Shown here piece by piece: positions 57,566 to 64,000 of a stretch of 64,000 bases of DNA. A program made the position numbers and the translations under genes. The stretch covers positions 11,346,001 to 11,410,000 of the forward strand of contig OX597814.1 in NCBI GenBank assembly GCA_951406725.2. Direction: 5' to 3'. How positions within the stretch are numbered: position 1 is the first letter of the stretch; every line of letters begins with the position of its first letter. This DNA comes from Octopus vulgaris (lineage: Eukaryota). The notes below the pieces were generated by a model that was given only the letters and a program-made list of their open reading frames with translations, did not search any database and was not told the DNA's origin.

Positions 57566-57794
57566 GTAAGGGTTGCATATGCATGTGTAAGCATGTGCAT
57601 GTTTGTTTACGCATGCGTGTGTATGTATACGTGCACGTGTGTGTTTGTATGTGTGTGTGTGTGCGTGCGTGTGTGTGTGTGTGTGTGTGTGTGTATAACA
57701 CGTAATCTGTACAGTAATAGAATTATGAAGACGCATTGACACATAAATCTATCCTCAGAACAGTTGTTGTTATTGTTGTTTTTGTTATCATTGG

Positions 57795-58186
57795 TAATGG
57801 TTGTGGTGGTGGTGGTGGTGGTGGTGGTGGTGGTGGTGGTGGTGGTGGTGGTGGTGGTGGTGGTGGTGGTGGTGGTGGTGGTGGTGGTGGTGGTGGTGGT
57901 GGTGGTGGTGGTGGTGGTGGTGGTGGTGGTGGTGGTGGTGGTGGTGGTGGTGGTGGTGGTGGTGGTGGTGGTGGTGGTGGTGGTGGTGGTGTTTGTGGTG
58001 GTGGTGGTGGTGATGGTGGTGGTGGTGGTGGTGGTGGTGGTGGTGGTGGTGGTGGTGGTGGTGGTGGTGGTGGTGGTGGTGGTGGTGGTGGTGGTGGTGG
58101 TGGTGGTGGTGGTGGTGGTGGTGTTGGTGGTTGTGGTGGTGGTGGTGGTGGTGGTGGTGGTGGTGGTGGTGGTGGTGGTGGTGGTG
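57795..58186. repeat. (GGT)n tract, about 130 units
   Basis: Seen directly. Confidence 0.97.
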
Positions 58187-58429
58187 TGTTGTTTTTTTGG
58201 GGGAGGTTTTTTCTGTTGTTTCTGTTTTTGTAATTATTGCTGTTACTGTTTTTATTGCAGTTCATCAGCGTTTATTTCAGTTTTTTTTTTTCATGTTTTA
58301 TCTATTTTTTTTGTTTGTTTTATTGCTGCTTCTTTTGGATATAATTGATTTTTTTAAACATTCCTGTTGTTGTTGTTGTTGTTGTTGCTTGTTTGTGATG
58401 ATAATTGTGGTGTTGAGTTTAAAGTTGTG

Positions 58430-58608
58430 GTGATGATGGGGAAGATGATGATGGCGACGACGACGATGAGGAGGAGGAGGAGGAGGAGGAGGAGGGCGGA
58501 AGGGGATATCGATGACAATAATGTCCACGTTGATTAGGATAATAAAGCTGATGATAATTGTGATGATTACGTCGACGAAAGCAATGACTATCACGACAAT
58601 GTCCATGA

Positions 58609-58642
<34 letters not shown>

Positions 58643-59030
58643 GGTGGTGATGATGGTGGTGGTGTTGGTGGTACTGGTGGTGATGGTGGTGGTGATGATG
58701 ATGGTGGTGGTGTTGGTGGTAGTGGTGGTGGTGGTGGTGGTGGTGATCATGATGATCATGATGATCATGATCATGATGATGATGATGATGATGATGATGA
58801 TGCTGATGATGGTGGTGATGATGGTGGTGGTGTTGGTGATGATGATGATGGTGGTGGTGGTGGTGGTGGTGGTGGTGGTGATGGTGGTGGTGTTGGTGGT
58901 AGTAGTGGTGGTGGTGGTGGTGGTGATGATGATGATCATGATGATGATGACGATGATAGTGATGCTGGTTGAGGTGATGGTGGTGGTGATGGTGATGGTG
59001 GCGCTGCTGATGATGATGATGGCGATGATA
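58430..59030. repeat. Compound (GAT)n/(GGT)n tract
   Basis: Seen directly. Confidence 0.93.
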
Positions 59031-59247
59031 TGGTCACTCTTGTTTTATTTGGAATCAGCTTTTATATTATATACGTATATATTTTTATATTTTGGTGTGT
59101 TCAAGTGTGTGCGTCTGTGTGTGTTTATAGCCATATTCAAGAGTGTGTTTGTCTATGCAAATGTGTGTCTGTATATATGAGTAGGTGTGTACATATGTGT
59201 GGTTATGTGTGTGTATGTTTGTGAGTGTGTGTGTGTTTGTGTGTGTT

Positions 59248-59316
<69 letters not shown>

Positions 59317-59495
59317 AAGAGAGTATTTCAATGATATATGTCAGATATGGTTTATGGTTGGGAAAGCAATAGTAAAAAGTTAAAAAGAAACAAAAAAAAT
59401 TACTTAAAACAGCATCATGATAAAATTGTGAAAAAAAAACTGCAACAAAAACAACATAAAAATAAATAAATAAATTAGTAATAAAGATGATGATG

Positions 59496-59631
<136 letters not shown>

Positions 59632-59661
59632 TAACAATAATAGTTATAATAATAATAATAA

Positions 59662-59701
<40 letters not shown>

Positions 59702-59985
59702 GATACTGCTAATGATGGTGGTGATGTACAATACAAGACATTATAATACATCATAATGGTGTGGAAAAAGTACAGTACCTGATGAAAGTCGTTCAATGAT
59801 TTTACCCTCGAAGGAATCCGTCCATACTTTCGCGTGTGCGCGGACATACCTTCGAAGTAGCACATAGAAACATGCGCACATACTAAAAACCTACATAGTC
59901 GCATATATATATATATATATATGTGTGTGTGCAAAAATGTACGCAGCTGTCTATCTATACCCCCTCTCTTCCTCTTTATGTATAC

Positions 59986-60030
<45 letters not shown>

Positions 60031-60160
60031 AACATACATGTGGAAAGATATAGATGTACATTCTCGTACATGCGCTGCACAAATATGTTCACGCCTGCGT
60101 GCACATGTATATTTTTAGAAACACGTGCACACATGCATATATTTATTTTTGTGTGTGACC

Positions 60161-60201
<41 letters not shown>

Positions 60202-60214
60202 TACATATACATTC

Positions 60215-60259
<45 letters not shown>

Positions 60260-60705
60260 CATGTATATGTATACATGTGTGTGTATATATGTATGTGTAT
60301 ATATACATATACACCTATGTATATACGTATATGCACATATATATAAACATATAGATATATATACACATATATATTGTGGCTGCATATATATATATATATG
60401 CAGACACACATGCGTAATATAGTAGTCTGAGAGAAAAAAGTAGATAGATTGCGAGATACAGAGAGACAGACAGACAGTTAGACAGACTGACAACAGGCTG
60501 GCAGACAGACAGAGTGAGAGTGACAGAGATAATTATAGATATAAATCGATTTATTTCTAGTAAATCTGAATATTGTTTACACATTTTGTTGTAGTTGAAC
60601 CCTTTTTCAATTTACCGAGAAAAAGAAAAAAAGACTTCAATGTTAAGCACCAAGTGATAAACATTATATGAAGAGACAATGAGGGTGGTGATCTTACTGA
60701 TAATT

Positions 60706-60742
<37 letters not shown>

Positions 60743-60811
60743 CGATGATGAAGATGGTGGTGACAGCATCAAGATATTATTATCAGAATCATTCTCTTAA
60801 TTATTATTATT

Positions 60812-60856
<45 letters not shown>

Positions 60857-61067
60857 GCTGTTGTTGCTGTTGTTGTTATTATTATCATTAAAACTTATTT
60901 TTATGTTCTGAATGTTAATCCCGTTCAAAGGTTAGCTTTACCTTTCATCCTTCTGGGGCCGATAAAAATAAGTGCCATTGTAATACTGAAATCGATTTAA
61001 TCGACTGAACCTTTTCACTGAAAACTTTAGCGTTGTGTCTATATTGGAAACCATTATTGCTATTAGT

Positions 61068-61105
<38 letters not shown>

Positions 61106-61164
61106 AATCATCATAATTACTATTATTATAATTATAATTATTATTATTATTATCATTATTATTA

Positions 61165-61261
<97 letters not shown>

Positions 61262-61263
61262 CA

Positions 61264-63555
61264 TTGCCTTTGCACAGCTTCAAACGCTGGAGATGTACTG
61301 CAGTGTGAGATGCTCACTACCAGTGAACTAAGGCAACAATTCTTATTTTTCGAGCACTTTCCAGAGTGTCCGGGCGGTTCCAAGCAGTGCTGTTTTCTGC
61401 AAGTGCTTCACCCTTATTGCAGCCCCTATTTGTTCCACGTACTCCTCGAGATTTCTGTTCACTGTTCCCAGGGCTCCAACAATTATTGGTACTACTGCTA
61501 CCTTTCTCGTCGACCACAACTGCTTAACTTCCCAAGCTAACCTGTCATATCTTTCAACTTATCTTTATTCCTTATCGCATACCTTGTTGTCAGCTGTGCA
61601 TGCTATATCTATGATCTAGCATAGTCTGTTTTATTTCTCAATTAAGACTATGCCTGGCTTCCTAATGTCTATCTCATGGTCGCACAGAATTATAAAATCC
61701 CATAGGATCTTTGCATTTTTTAATTTTCTACGATGTTTTCGGGTTTGTGGTCGTACAAATTTTTTACTCTGTCAAGTCCATACTTGTTGCAAAATGCGCA
61801 ATGGCTAAACCTAGCTATATTGTCATGGCGTCTCTTATATTCCTTCTGGGCTAGTGGCGTATATTGGCTGATAATATGCCATACGGTTTTACCATTTTGA
61901 CCACAGATTCTGCACTTATCACTTTCTGATGTGTTGTCTATTCTGTATTTTATGTAGTTTGTTCTTAATGCTTGTTCTTGGGCAGCACAGATTAGAGCCT
62001 CCATTTCCGGTTTTACTCATCCACAGCCATCTTTTTTCTCTGTCTGTCTTACCTTCAACATCCCTATGAAATTCACCATGCATTCTTTTCTTTATCCATC
62101 AATTTTCAGTTCAATCGTTTTGAATTGCTTGTACAGTGCTTTATCTTTACAGTCTTTCATCCTGCACAAACTTGACCTTCTTACTTCTAATAATAGCGGT
62201 TCTGTGGCATTTTTACATACCATGCTATGTTGTTTTCTTCTGCTCTCATGTTGTGTTCCCCTTCCCCTCTTTTTTCTTGGTACATACAGTCTGTCTGTGT
62301 CACTTTTTGGGAGGAGTGTCCCATATCTAGTTAGCAACTTCCTTGTCTTTCTATCTAAGCTGTTTAGTTCGTCTACTGTCCATGCGATTACCCCTGCTCC
62401 ATATCTAAGGAGTGAAACCGCCCAAATATTGAAAGCTTCATTCTTATACCGTCCGTTTAATTTCGACGTAAAGATCAGTCTCTCTCTGCGCAAGTACTCC
62501 ATCTTACATTTTTCTGTCATTTCTTTCTCCATCAATTTGTCTATTTCCAAAATCCCAAGTACTTATAGCCCGTCTCTTCTATCTGCTTCATAACCGCCCC
62601 GTCCATACATTTGATTTTTTCCTCTCTTCAAGACTAACACACCACACTTTCTCAGTCCGAACTCCTTTCTGATATCAGCACTGATACACCGTATCAACGA
62701 GGGAACTGATGTGGGCTTCATCTTTACCTTAAAGTTTGAGATCATCCATGAATAACAAATGGTTGACTTTTTGTTGGCGGCCTTTGAATACATACTCAGC
62801 TTTTGCTTTCCTCAGTATCAGTGATAGTGGCATCAAGCATAGTACAAAGACCAGTGGGGACAGGCAGTCCCCTTGGAAGATGTCCGACCTAATTTCTACT
62901 GTCCCTAAACTTCTTCCGTATGCTGTCAGGTCCGTCCTCTAATTTGCCATATTTTTTCCAAGCAATCGCACAACATTCGATGCAATACCAAATAGGTTCA
63001 TACACTCTATAATCCAAGAATGTGGAATCATATCGTACGCCTTACGATAGTTGATCCATGACATGGCTAATTTACTTCCTCTTGCAGTTTCTAAGTACAG
63101 TTTTGTCTATCAGGAGTCGATCCTCCGCGCTTACGCTTGCAACCCTTCTGCTCATGTGACAGGACTCCATTTTTTTCCAATGTTCGTGCATTGACTCTGC
63201 GAGTATTCCAGTCAATAACTTCCACATAAGTGACAAAAAGGATATCGGCCTGTAATTGTCTACCGTATTGCCTTTTTCGATGTTTTTCAAGCACAGCACT
63301 ATCCTACCCAATGTCAACCACTCTGGTGTTACTTGGTCAGCATTTAACTAGGTGTTGAGTTGCGCAGCTATTCGTGCATGATATTCACCAAATCTTTTGA
63401 TCCAGTAGCCTTGAACTCCATCTGGTCCCGGCTACTTCTAGTTGCTCATTTTTTTTTTTTTGCTAATTTCCTAACTGAAATGACTAGTTCTGCCTGTTTT
63501 GGACAGACTACTGTTTGCTTCAGTTCTTATAACCATCTAGCCTTATGTGGAATAT
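61264..63555 (-). mobile_element. Degraded R4/Dong-like LINE (RT, CCHC zinc knuckle, RLE) with 3' end in (TAA)n
   Basis: NYRPIS, EQKGCKR, LLIDK, WINYRKAYDMIPHSWI, FQGDCLSPLVF, EFGLRKC, YVPRKKRGRG, EALICAAQEQALRT..CRIC..H....RRHDN, KPGIV, VPIIVGALG, LQKTALLGTAR; many frameshifts. Confidence 0.92.
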
Positions 63556-64000
63556 AATTGCTTCTGTTTTTACCAGTGATTCATCCTCGTTGTTTTAGTC
63601 AGTTAGTGCTTCTGTGAGTCGTAGTTTTCTGCAAAATACCGAAATATTGTCTTTAATTTCATTCTGGTTAGTTCTTCGATGGATTGGTGCAATTTTTAAT
63701 CCTTCAGCTAGTATACCGATTTCTGTTGCAGAAAGAGAGTTTTCTAAGATAAATGTATTACTTTTGGTTTCTACAGTATGTTTTGTTCCAACGTGTGTCC
63801 CTGTTTCTCTCCACCTGGTCTAAAAAATGTTTACTGCAATTTGGTTGGAAAAATTTATCAGTATTATTAATTATAATAGGAATGCTGGGAGGCTGGTTTT
63901 GTTGTCTGGGTAAATTAGTCGGAAGTACGTGGTTCAAGTTTCTTCGTTAGAATAAATTGTTGGGGTTCTTAATTATGTTTGAGATGTTTGAGATATTGGG
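63556..64000 (-). mobile_element. N-terminal ORF fragment of a Penelope-like element
   Basis: ILENSLSATEIGILAEGLKIAPIHRRTNQNEIKDNISVFCRKLRLTEAL resembles the PLE motif LSxxExxLLxKGLxFxP...FxRKLRL. Confidence 0.55.

Noticed and set aside
57795-58186. Telomeric repeat
   Set aside because: The unit is GGT, not TTAGGG.

Overview
This is AT-rich, extremely microsatellite-dense eukaryotic non-coding DNA. The tRNA-derived SINEs and repeat landscape suggest an octopod cephalopod (inference). I could not support any host protein-coding exon; nearly all ORF-track entries are translations of simple repeats. The window is a mosaic of mobile elements. (i) An uninterrupted Tx1/L1-type LINE ORF2 (APE endonuclease + RT, minus strand) runs off the left edge; the ORF track missed it, and it is joined to ORF1 by an overlapping ATGA stop/start. 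(ii) There are RLE-type LINE remnants (R4/Dong-like, CRE-like). (iii) Many Penelope-like element (PLE) fragments and pseudo-LTRs form long inverted repeats and carry about ten type-I hammerhead-ribozyme(-like) motifs. (iv) There are two abundant tRNA-derived SINE families plus Tc1/mariner, Tc2-like and Helitron remnants. The most notable signals are: one SINE subfamily shares a 38-nt 3' tail with a (GATA)n-embedded Tx1-like LINE and repeatedly sits at two fixed positions inside the head of other SINE copies; each retroelement class abuts its own microsatellite motif; and three hammerheads with intact cores cluster at 37.7-38.3 kb. Boundaries of degraded elements are approximate, and all protein and RNA-structure calls were made by eye without database searches.
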